Shown here: one piece after another, positions 55,863 through 64,000 of the stretch
Position numbering within the stretch: the stretch's first letter is position 1
Layout of the letters: each line of letters opens with the position of its first letter
DNA from: Gemmatimonadota bacterium
GTDB lineage: Bacteria; Gemmatimonadota; Gemmatimonadetes; Gemmatimonadales; GWC2-71-9
Length of the DNA stretch: 64,000 nucleotides
Reading direction: 5' to 3'
NCBI GenBank assembly: GCA_039591615.1
Contig: JBDHDH010000004.1
Coordinates: forward strand, 1,825 to 65,824
The notes under the pieces: generated by a model
Seen by the model: the letters and a program-made list of their open reading frames with translations, nothing else
Databases searched by the model: none
Told to the model about the DNA's origin: nothing
Made by a program: the position numbers and the translations under genes

Positions 55863-58209
55863 CGGGGGGGCTGCCGTCGCCGGGTCCGCCCCCAAATTCG
55901 TCGGCGCCCGCGTCCGGCGGAAAGAGGATCCGCGACTTCTCAGCGGCCGCGCCACCTATGCCGACGACGTGCGTCTGCCGCATATGGCGTATGCCAAGCT
56001 CACGCGGAGCACGCAGGCACACGCGCGGATCGCTGCCATCGATGCGACGGTGGCCGCGAGCATGCCCGGCGTCATTGCCGTCGTGACCGGCGACGATCTC
56101 GCCGATGGTCTGTCCGCTCTTCCTGCGAGCCACCGGAATGGAGAGCTCGGGTCTCCGCCCCATTTCGTCCTGGCTCGAGAGGAGGTGCGACACGTCGGGG
56201 AGGCGGTGGCCGTCGTGGTAGCGGAGTCCGAGGCCCAGGCGACGGATGCCGTCGAAACGATCCTCATCGACTACGAGGCCCTCCCCGCGGTGACCGACGT
56301 GGAGGCGGCAACGAGAGATGACACACCCCTCGTGCACCGTGCGCTCGGAACGAACGTTTCGTTCACCCGGACGCTCGTCGCCGGCGATCCGACTGAGGCG
56401 TTCGCGAGCGCGCCAGTGGTGCGCCGCCAGCGCTTGGTGAATCAGCGGCTCGTTCCGGTCGCCCTCGAGGCCCGGTGCGTCATCGCCGACTACGACCCAG
56501 GGCCAGACAAACTCACCGTGATCACGAGCACGCAGATCCCTCATACCATCCGCGCGCTGCTCGCGAAGGTCGTGGCGATTCCCGAGCACCGGGTTCGGGT
56601 GATCGCGCCGGAAGTGGGCGGGGGGTTCGGCGCGAAGGCCAACTTCTACCCGGAAGAGCCACTGTTGGCATACCTATCGCGCCGGCTGCTTCGACGGATC
56701 AAGTGGACGGAAACGCGTACGGAGGCGTTCCAGGCCACTACCCATGGCCGCGATCAGCTGTGTGACCTCGAAGTGGCTGCCGATGCTGGCGGTAGACTCC
56801 TCGCGCTCCGCGCCACGATTCACCAAGATCTCGGCGCCTACCATCAGCTCTTCTCACCGCACGTCTCCGGCGGGACCACGGCCATGATCACCGGGTGCTA
56901 CGCGGTCGACCACGTGGAGGTCACCCTCAAAGGCGTCTTCACGAACAAGACCCCAACCGACGCCTATCGGGGTGCCGGACGTCCCGAGGCGACGCTGATC
57001 ATCGAGCGGGCGATGGAGCTCATCGCCGATGGAGTGGGGAAAGACGCCGCCGAGGTGCGACGGCTGAACTTCATTCCCGCCGACGCGTTCCCCTTCGAGA
57101 CTGCGATTGGGATTCGGTACGACTCCGGGAACTACCAAGGCGCGTTGGACAAGTTGCTGGCGAACGCCGACTACACTGCACTCCGCGCAGAACAGGAGCG
57201 AGCTCGTCGAGAAGGGCGCCTCATGGGCATCGGCCTCTGCAACTACGTGGAGATGTGCGGATTCGGCCCCTCGACGATGATGTCGTCCGGCGGATGGGAA
57301 ACGTGCGAGATCGAGGTGCGCGGTAGCGGGACCGTGGTGGTGAAGACCGGGCTCAAGCCGACCGGCCAAGGAGAGGAAACGGCATTCGCGCAGATCGTCG
57401 CGGATCGGCTCGGCGTGAGTCTGGACGACGTGGAGGTCATACACGGGGATACGGACCTCGTTGGCGAGGGCATCGGGACGTTCGGATCGCGCGGAATGGC
57501 AGTCGGTGGCTCCGCGCTGATGCGCTGCGTCGACACGATTCGCACGAAGGCGCGTCGTATAGCCGCTCACCTCCTCGAAGTGCACACCGATGATGTCGTC
57601 TTCGAAGATGGCAAACTCCACCCGACGGGAGCGCCGGCCGTGGCGAGGAGCTTCGGGGAGATCGCCCGCACGGCCCACGTGGCGACCGACCTGCCGCCCG
57701 ACCTCGAGCCTGGGCTCACGGCCGTGCACTACTACGAGCCGACGGGCCTCACGTTTCCCTTCGGCGCACACCTGGCCGTCGTCGAGATCGATCGGGAAAC
57801 GGGCTGGGTCACGCTCAAACGTCATGTGGCCGTCGACGATTGTGGGACGATCATCAACCCGACCATCGTCGAGGGACAGGTGCATGGTGGGATCGCACAG
57901 GGAGTGGGGCAGGCATTGTTCGAGACCACCATCTACGATGAGTTCGGACAATTGCTCACCGGCTCCCTGATGGACTACGCCGTTCCCAAGGCAAGCCTGC
58001 TTCCGAGCTTCGAACTCGACCGCACGGTGACTTCCACGCCGGTCAACCCGCTCGGGGCGAAGGGCATCGGCGAGGCCGGGACGATTGGAAGTACACCGGC
58101 CGTGGTGAACGCCGTCCTGGATGCCCTGCGACCGTATGCGATGGACCCCCTGACGCTGCCCCTCACCCCGGAGCGCGTGTGGCGAGCGCTTCAGCAGGCG
58201 GCACCGTGA
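55831..58209 (+). CDS. Xanthine dehydrogenase-family Mo large subunit, CoxL form II-like
   Basis: [41 protein letters not shown]. Confidence 0.92.
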   Translation: MPSKRPRDRTDGGAAVAGSAPKFVGARVRRKEDPRLLSGRATYADDVRLPHMAYAKLTRSTQAHARIAAIDATVAASMPGVIAVVTGDDLADGLSALPASHRNGELGSPPHFVLAREEVRHVGEAVAVVVAESEAQATDAVETILIDYEALPAVTDVEAATRDDTPLVHRALGTNVSFTRTLVAGDPTEAFASAPVVRRQRLVNQRLVPVALEARCVIADYDPGPDKLTVITSTQIPHTIRALLAKVVAIPEHRVRVIAPEVGGGFGAKANFYPEEPLLAYLSRRLLRRIKWTETRTEAFQATTHGRDQLCDLEVAADAGGRLLALRATIHQDLGAYHQLFSPHVSGGTTAMITGCYAVDHVEVTLKGVFTNKTPTDAYRGAGRPEATLIIERAMELIADGVGKDAAEVRRLNFIPADAFPFETAIGIRYDSGNYQGALDKLLANADYTALRAEQERARREGRLMGIGLCNYVEMCGFGPSTMMSSGGWETCEIEVRGSGTVVVKTGLKPTGQGEETAFAQIVADRLGVSLDDVEVIHGDTDLVGEGIGTFGSRGMAVGGSALMRCVDTIRTKARRIAAHLLEVHTDDVVFEDGKLHPTGAPAVARSFGEIARTAHVATDLPPDLEPGLTAVHYYEPTGLTFPFGAHLAVVEIDRETGWVTLKRHVAVDDCGTIINPTIVEGQVHGGIAQGVGQALFETTIYDEFGQLLTGSLMDYAVPKASLLPSFELDRTVTSTPVNPLGAKGIGEAGTIGSTPAVVNAVLDALRPYAMDPLTLPLTPERVWRALQQAAP

Positions 58210-59063
58210 TCCCTCCGCCGTTTGAGTACCATCGAGCCACCTCACTGGACGACGCGGCCAGGTTGCTGGCCAAACACCCCGGCGAAGCGAAAGTACTGGC
58301 GGGCGGACACAGTCTGATTCCCATGATGAAGCTACGGCTGGCAACTCCGCGGATCCTCGTGGATGTCGGTGGCTTATCCGACCTCAGCTATGTCAAGCGC
58401 AACAGGAAACAGCTGGCGGTTGGGGCGCTCACCACCCATGCAATCGTCGCGGGCGCCGAAGACGTGAAGAGCACCCATGGCGCCTTGGCCGAAGCGGCAA
58501 ATGCCATCGGCGACGTCCAGGTCCGCAACTGTGGCACCATCGGCGGCAGTCTCGCCCACGCGGACCCAGCCGCCGATTACGGGCCGGCCGTACTCGCCTT
58601 CGACGCTGCCATCGTGGTCAAAGGCGCCAGCGGCGCTCGTGCGATCCCCGCCTTCAAGTTCTTCACCGGCCCGCTCTCGACTGCGCTGAGCGACGACGAG
58701 ATCGTCACCGAGATACGACTCCCCATCCTGCCTGGCGCCGGAAGTGCGTACGAGAAACTCCCGCAGCCGGCATCGGGGTTCGCCGTCGTCGGCGTGTGTG
58801 CGGTCGTGGTATTGGACAAGCATGGCGTGTGCACGCAGGCGCGGTTCGCCGCCACCGGCGTTGCCGATCGGGCCGTGCGGCTGTCCACGTTGGAGACGGC
58901 GCTCAAAGGCGCACAGTGGAGTGCCGGAGCGATCGCCGCCGCCTGCGGGAAGGCCGACGCCGACGTGCCCCACGTTCTGGAAGACGCGTTCGCGACGGAA
59001 GACTATCGGCGGCACCTGCTCCGCGTGATCGCCCGCCGCGCGGCGGAACGAGCCGTGCCGTAG
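58206..59063 (+). CDS. Molybdenum hydroxylase FAD subunit, CoxM-like
   Basis: AGGHSLIPMMKLRLA, IGDVQVRNCGTIGGSLAHADPAAD; GTGA overlap. Confidence 0.93.
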   Translation: MIPPPFEYHRATSLDDAARLLAKHPGEAKVLAGGHSLIPMMKLRLATPRILVDVGGLSDLSYVKRNRKQLAVGALTTHAIVAGAEDVKSTHGALAEAANAIGDVQVRNCGTIGGSLAHADPAADYGPAVLAFDAAIVVKGASGARAIPAFKFFTGPLSTALSDDEIVTEIRLPILPGAGSAYEKLPQPASGFAVVGVCAVVVLDKHGVCTQARFAATGVADRAVRLSTLETALKGAQWSAGAIAAACGKADADVPHVLEDAFATEDYRRHLLRVIARRAAERAVP

Positions 59064-59142
59064 CCCGAGTCCCAGCCAACGCGCACACGCCCGGCGGGCG
59101 ATTCCCGTCCGGGGTGACGTCGCTCGGCGTGGGGCGACTCGG

Positions 59143-59997
59143 TTACCGCGACAGCGCTTCCTCCACTGCGCGCCGAACCAGCACCTGAACCAGGTGCCGG
59201 CGGTAGTCCGCGCTCCCGTTGATGTCGGAAGACGGATCACCCTCTCCCGCAGCCCGTTCCGCCGCCTCGCCGATGGCCGTTGCGTCGCCCCCGCTGAGCG
59301 CCTGCTCGACGGCCGACGCCCGCAGCGGTGTCGGGCCCATGTTCGTGAGGCCGATGGCGGCCCGGTTGATGGAGCCATTCTCCTTCTCGACGACCGCAGC
59401 GACGCCAACGATGGCCCAATCCTGCGCGCGCTGGCGGAACTTCTGGTAGGACCAACCATGCTTGTTCGCGTCCAGCCGAGGCACGCGGATTTCCGTGAGG
59501 AGCTCCCCCGGTCGGAGCGCCGTTTCAAGCAACCCTGTAAAGAACTCGGTCGCGGCGATGGTGCGCTCCTTCTTTCCTCCACGGACCACGAAATCGGCCT
59601 CGAGCGCTAGCAGCGCGCTGGGCACGTCCGACGCCGGATCGCCGTGGGCCACGGCTCCGCCGATCGTCCCGCGATGGCGCACCTGCGGATCACCGACCAG
59701 ACCGGCCACATACGCCAAGAGGGGGCACGCCCGCTTCAGCACGCTCGAATACTCCAGGTCGTGATGCCGGGTGAGCGCACCGATCACGATCCCATCGCCC
59801 GACTTCTTGATGTAGGACAGCTCCGCGAGGCGTCCGATATCGACGAGAAGCGTGGGTCTGGTGAGGCGAAGCCGCATCAAGGGGAGTAGAGACTGCCCGC
59901 CCGCGATCAGCTTCGCCGCCTCACCGCCCTGCTCGAGCAGCCTGCTCGCGTCGTCGACGGAGGAGGCAACTTGGTAATCGAATGAGACGGGGATCAT
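59143..59997 (-). CDS. Molybdenum hydroxylase FAD subunit, CoxM-like
   Basis: AGGQSLLPLMRLRL, VGDPQVRHRGTIGG..AHGDPASD; start ATG 59997. Confidence 0.93.
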   Translation of the reverse strand: MIPVSFDYQVASSVDDASRLLEQGGEAAKLIAGGQSLLPLMRLRLTRPTLLVDIGRLAELSYIKKSGDGIVIGALTRHHDLEYSSVLKRACPLLAYVAGLVGDPQVRHRGTIGGAVAHGDPASDVPSALLALEADFVVRGGKKERTIAATEFFTGLLETALRPGELLTEIRVPRLDANKHGWSYQKFRQRAQDWAIVGVAAVVEKENGSINRAAIGLTNMGPTPLRASAVEQALSGGDATAIGEAAERAAGEGDPSSDINGSADYRRHLVQVLVRRAVEEALSR

Positions 59998-59999
59998 CG

Positions 60000-62366
60000 T
60001 CAGTTGCCTCCCTTCGCCCGCCGAATGGCGTTCCAGACATTCTCCGGCGACGCCGGCATGTCCATCGTCTTCACGCCGAGGTGCCACAGCGCGTCGACGA
60101 CGGCGTTGATGACGGCAGGCGTCGCCGCGATCGTTCCCGCCTCACCGATCCCCTTCACCCCCATGGGATTGGTCGGGCTGGGTGTGACCGTTCGGTCGAG
60201 CTCGAACCACGGCATTTCCACCGCGGAGGGAACCAGGTAGTCCATCATCGACGACGTGAGCAGGTTGCCGTCGTCATCGTAGACGGCCTGCTCGTACAGC
60301 GCCTGCGCGATCCCCTGGGCTATGCCGCCGTGGACCTGGCCTTCGACGATGGTTGGGTTGATCACGGTGCCGCAATCGTCGACCGCGACGTACCGCACGA
60401 TATCCACCTTTCCGGTCTCGGTGTCTACCTCCACGACGCAGATATGGCTGCCGAATGGGAAGGTGAAGTTGGGAGGATCGTACACGTACGTCGCCTCCAA
60501 GCTCGGCTCCTCGCCTTCGGGAAGGCTGTGAGCCGTCCAGGCCGCGTACGCGAGCTCCTGGATGGTCTTGGCTTTGGCGGGGACGCCTTTCACCGAGAAG
60601 CTCCCCGCCTCGAACACGAGGTCGTCCGGTGAGACCTCCAGGAGATGGGCGGCGAGTCGCTTGGCCTTCTCGATGACGCGTCCGCACGCAAAGTGGACGG
60701 CGACCCCGCCAACGGCCAAGCTCCGGCTGCCGTAGGTGTCCATGCCGAGGGGTGCCACCGCCGTGTCGCCGTGCAAGACGGTCACGTCCTCGAAGTCGAC
60801 CCCCAGAGCGTCGGCGGCGATCTGGGACCACGACGTTTCATGGCCCTGGCCGTGCGGCGACGTTCCAGTCACCACTTCGACCTTGCCCGTCGGAAGCATG
60901 CGCACGCTGGCCGCATCCCAGCCCCCGGCCGCGTACCGGAGCGATCCCAGGACCTGCGACGGCGCCAGACCACACATCTCGACGTAACACGACAGACCGA
61001 TGCCCAGCAAACGGGTATCGCCGCCATCGCGCCGCGCCTCTTGTTCCTTCCGGACGTCGTCGTAGCCGATCATTTCGAGGGCACGATCCAACACCTTCTC
61101 GTAGTCCACCGAGTCGAACTGCAGTCCGGCCGGGCTGGGCACGAGCTCCCCCTTGGGAAGGAAATTCCGACGGCGGATGGTCACCACGTCGCTGCCTACC
61201 TCCCGGGCAAGGCGCTCGATGGCCCGTTCGATGGCGTAGTTGGATTCCGGGCGCCCGGCACCTCGGTAGGCATCGGTCGGTGTCGTGTTCGTGAAGACAC
61301 CAGTGCACTCGAGGCTGTAGGCCTCCGCCCCGTAGCAGCCGTGATAGAGCAACGCGCCCAGCAGCGGCACACCGGGCGTGACCAGTTGAAGATACGCACC
61401 CATGTTGGCTAGCAATCTGACCCGGACGCCCCTGAGTTTCCCGTCGCTCGAGGCTGCGAGCTCGATCTCCTGGATCACATCCCGACCGTGGATGGTGGAG
61501 TGGTAGGCCTCCGACCGCTCCTCAACCCACTTTACCGGTCGCCCCAGCCGCCGCGCCAGCGCGAGACAGAGTGCCTCTTCGGCGTAGACGTTGAGCTTCG
61601 ATCCGAACCCGCCGCCCACGTCGGGAGCGATCACGCGGAGCTTCGTCTCCGGGATCCCCATCGTGAGCGCGAGGGTGATCTTCGCGATGTGAGGAATCTG
61701 CGTCGTCGACCACATGGTGAATTCACCCGCCGCCGCCACGGACTGGACGACCACGCAGCGTGGCTCGATCGCGTTGGGCACGAGGCGCTGCTGCCGGTAG
61801 CGTTCCTTGACCACGACGTCGGCCCCGGCGAACGCCGCGTCGACGTCACCCTGGCTGATCGCCCAGATGTAACACTTGTTGGTGCCGAAAGCATCGTGGA
61901 TGAGCGGCGCCTTCTCGACGGACGCCGCCTGGACGTCGACCACCGCCGGGAGCTGATCGTAGTCCACCTCAACCAACTCAGCAGCGTCCGCGGCGGCGGC
62001 ACGGCTGGTCGCGACCACCACCGCCACTGCATCGCCGAGGTACCGGGCCTTGTCACGCGTGAGGGGCCAATGCTCGGGTATGTTGATGTCTTCGGTAACC
62101 GGCCAGGCCATGGGGAGCGGCGCCGCCCACTCGTCCGCCAGGTCGGCGCCGCTGTAGGCGGCCACGACCCCGGGTGCCCCGAGCACAGGCTTCAGGTTGA
62201 CCCGGCGGATCGTGGCGTGGCCGAACGGACTTCGTACGAGCACTGCCCAGACCGTCCCCGGAGGGGTGATGGCCTCGACGAACGTTCCCTGGCCCGTGAT
62301 GAGCTTGGGGTCCTCCTTCCGGCGGACACCACCGCCCACATATCGCTCTGCACCTTGTGTCGCCAT
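60000..62366 (-). CDS. Xanthine dehydrogenase-family Mo large subunit, CoxL form II-like
   Basis: [42 protein letters not shown]. Confidence 0.93.
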   Translation of the reverse strand: MATQGAERYVGGGVRRKEDPKLITGQGTFVEAITPPGTVWAVLVRSPFGHATIRRVNLKPVLGAPGVVAAYSGADLADEWAAPLPMAWPVTEDINIPEHWPLTRDKARYLGDAVAVVVATSRAAAADAAELVEVDYDQLPAVVDVQAASVEKAPLIHDAFGTNKCYIWAISQGDVDAAFAGADVVVKERYRQQRLVPNAIEPRCVVVQSVAAAGEFTMWSTTQIPHIAKITLALTMGIPETKLRVIAPDVGGGFGSKLNVYAEEALCLALARRLGRPVKWVEERSEAYHSTIHGRDVIQEIELAASSDGKLRGVRVRLLANMGAYLQLVTPGVPLLGALLYHGCYGAEAYSLECTGVFTNTTPTDAYRGAGRPESNYAIERAIERLAREVGSDVVTIRRRNFLPKGELVPSPAGLQFDSVDYEKVLDRALEMIGYDDVRKEQEARRDGGDTRLLGIGLSCYVEMCGLAPSQVLGSLRYAAGGWDAASVRMLPTGKVEVVTGTSPHGQGHETSWSQIAADALGVDFEDVTVLHGDTAVAPLGMDTYGSRSLAVGGVAVHFACGRVIEKAKRLAAHLLEVSPDDLVFEAGSFSVKGVPAKAKTIQELAYAAWTAHSLPEGEEPSLEATYVYDPPNFTFPFGSHICVVEVDTETGKVDIVRYVAVDDCGTVINPTIVEGQVHGGIAQGIAQALYEQAVYDDDGNLLTSSMMDYLVPSAVEMPWFELDRTVTPSPTNPMGVKGIGEAGTIAATPAVINAVVDALWHLGVKTMDMPASPENVWNAIRRAKGGN

Positions 62367-62378
62367 GACGATTACCCC

Positions 62379-62861
62379 CTAGGACGCGGACGCCGGAGCG
62401 TCGCGAAGGTCGTCAGCCGCCGCCAGAACGGCTTCGACGATGTTCTGATATCCGGTGCACCGGCACAGATTCCCCTCCAGGGCATGACGCACCTCGTCAC
62501 CTGTGGGGGCCGGATTTTCCCGGAGGTAGCTCACCACCGCCATGATCATCCCCGGGGTGCAATAGCCGCATTGTAGCCCGTGGTGCTCGGTGAATGCGCG
62601 CTGCACCGGATGCAGCTCACCGGGCGTTGCGAGTCCTTCGATCGTCGTGACCTCGCGTTCATGGCACTGCGCAGCCAGCAGATTGCACGATTTCACAGAC
62701 TCCCCATCGACCAGCACTGTGCAGGCTCCGCAGGACGACGTGTCACAGCCGACGTTCGTCCCGGTCAATCCCAACTGTTCGCGGAGGAAGTAAACCAGAA
62801 GCGTACGCGGCTCGACGTCAGCTTCGTGCTGGACGCCGTTGACGGTCAGCGTGATGTTCAC
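62379..62861 (-). CDS. Molybdenum hydroxylase small (2Fe-2S) subunit, CoxS-like
   Basis: [30 protein letters not shown]. Confidence 0.95.
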   Translation of the reverse strand: MNITLTVNGVQHEADVEPRTLLVYFLREQLGLTGTNVGCDTSSCGACTVLVDGESVKSCNLLAAQCHEREVTTIEGLATPGELHPVQRAFTEHHGLQCGYCTPGMIMAVVSYLRENPAPTGDEVRHALEGNLCRCTGYQNIVEAVLAAADDLRDAPASAS

Positions 62862-63005
62862 CGGTGATGCCCCCTTTGGTTAGTTACAAGACGGAATCCG
62901 TCGTCTCATCCGTGGCCGCTAGTGCCCCCGATGCACGATGTCGGCGAAGCGGGCCTCGGATGGCGGCACGGCAGAGAGGAGGGTTCTTGTCGCTGGGGTT
63001 ACTCG

Positions 63006-64000
63006 CTACTCGGCCACCCCTTTCTTCTTGAGGATCTGCCATACCTTCTCCGGCGTGACGGGAATGTCGATGTGTCGCACGCCGAGGTGGGCGAGGGCGT
63101 CCACCACGGCGTTGACGATGGCAGGGGGCGCGCCGACGGTGGCCGATTCGCCGACCCCCTTCGCCCCCAACGGGTGATGCGGCGATGGCGTGATGGTCTT
63201 CGCCGTCTCCCACTTGGGAGTCTCCACGGCCGTCGGCACCAGATAATCCATGAAGCTCCCACCCTGAATGTTCCCGACCTCGTCGTATTGGATCTCTTCG
63301 AACAGTGCCGGGGCCAAGCCCATGGTGAGTCCACCGTGGATCTGCCCGTCCACGATCATGGGATTGATGATGTTGCCGCAATCGTCCACCGCGACGAAGC
63401 GCCGAATCTCCACCGCGCCGGTGCCGCGATCGATATCGACGACGCAGATGTAGCTGCCGAACGGAAAGGTGAGGTTTGGAGGATCGTAATAGGACACGGC
63501 CTCGAGGCCCGCCTCCATCCCCGGCGGATGGTTCGTATACGCTGCGAAAGCGATTTCCTGGATTGTCTTCGCCTTCTGTGGTGCACCCTTGACGTAGAAC
63601 TTTCCCGGTTCCCACTCGAGGTCACCCTCGCTCACTTCCAGGAGGTAGGCCGCGATCTTCCGAGCCTTGTCACGGATCCTTCGGGCCGCCACCGCTCCCG
63701 CCGCAGCCGCCACCGGCGTTGAGCGGCTTGCATACGTTCCGAGGCCGTAGGGCGCCGTATCGGTGTCGCCTTCCTCGACCTCCACGTGTGCTGCCGGGAT
63801 TCCCAGCTCTTCGGCGACGACTTGCGCGTAGGTCGTCTCGTGGCCTTGCCCCTGCGATTTGGTCCCGAACCGCGCCATGGCCTTCCCCGTCGGGTGGATC
63901 CGGATCTCGCTGGAGTCGAACATCTTGAGCCCGAGAATGTCGAAGTGCTTCGATGGCCCCGCGCCGACGATCTCCGTGAACGTGGAAATCCCGATTCCCA
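63006..64000 (-). CDS. coxL: Aerobic carbon monoxide dehydrogenase large subunit, form I-like (5'-truncated by window edge)
   Basis: Frame open to window end: GIGISTFTEIVGAGPSKHFDILGLKMFDSSEIRIHPTG; SQGQGHETTYAQ, GTYASRSTP, TPSPHHPLGAKGVGESATVG; active-site loop lies outside the window. Confidence 0.8.
   Translation of the reverse strand, partial: GIGISTFTEIVGAGPSKHFDILGLKMFDSSEIRIHPTGKAMARFGTKSQGQGHETTYAQVVAEELGIPAAHVEVEEGDTDTAPYGLGTYASRSTPVAAAAGAVAARRIRDKARKIAAYLLEVSEGDLEWEPGKFYVKGAPQKAKTIQEIAFAAYTNHPPGMEAGLEAVSYYDPPNLTFPFGSYICVVDIDRGTGAVEIRRFVAVDDCGNIINPMIVDGQIHGGLTMGLAPALFEEIQYDEVGNIQGGSFMDYLVPTAVETPKWETAKTITPSPHHPLGAKGVGESATVGAPPAIVNAVVDALAHLGVRHIDIPVTPEKVWQILKKKGVAE

Noticed and set aside
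48488-62861. Functional selenium link between the selenoprotein and the Mo hydroxylases
   Set aside because: No yqeB/yqeC/selD seen here and no in-frame TGA in the cox-like genes; proximity alone is not evidence

Overview
GC-rich bacterial chromosomal window of mostly housekeeping and metabolic genes. A SusC/SusD pair outside a Bacteroidota-like context, a Hanks kinase with a TPR-like tail, and short 7-9 bp intergenic repeats suggest Gemmatimonadota (inference). It carries: susCD; a nitrilase-family hydrolase; a TetR-RND efflux operon; an ABC-2 exporter; a PRT-like/PIG-L/ABC/MFS operon; acyl-CoA dehydrogenase; methionine gamma-lyase-like enzyme; trxC; tkt-rpiA-SURF1; acnA; an arfB-GMC-Gfo/Idh/MocA cluster; pntAB; moaA; and three molybdenum-hydroxylase large subunits (two with the form II AYRGAGR motif, one partial with form I CoxL-like features). 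The strongest hidden signal, missed by the ORF track, is an OsmC/Ohr-fold gene (48488-48952, minus). It has an in-frame TGA at the catalytic Cys position followed by a SECIS-like hairpin, so it is a probable selenoprotein. Other signals: a structured ~200-nt leader upstream of the Met-lyase gene, a triple 14-bp-period TetR operator, two enzymes with altered catalytic motifs, a secreted CotH-like kinase and several apparently leaderless genes. No mobile elements, CRISPR arrays, tRNA or rRNA were seen. All calls are from reading motifs by eye; no searches were run.
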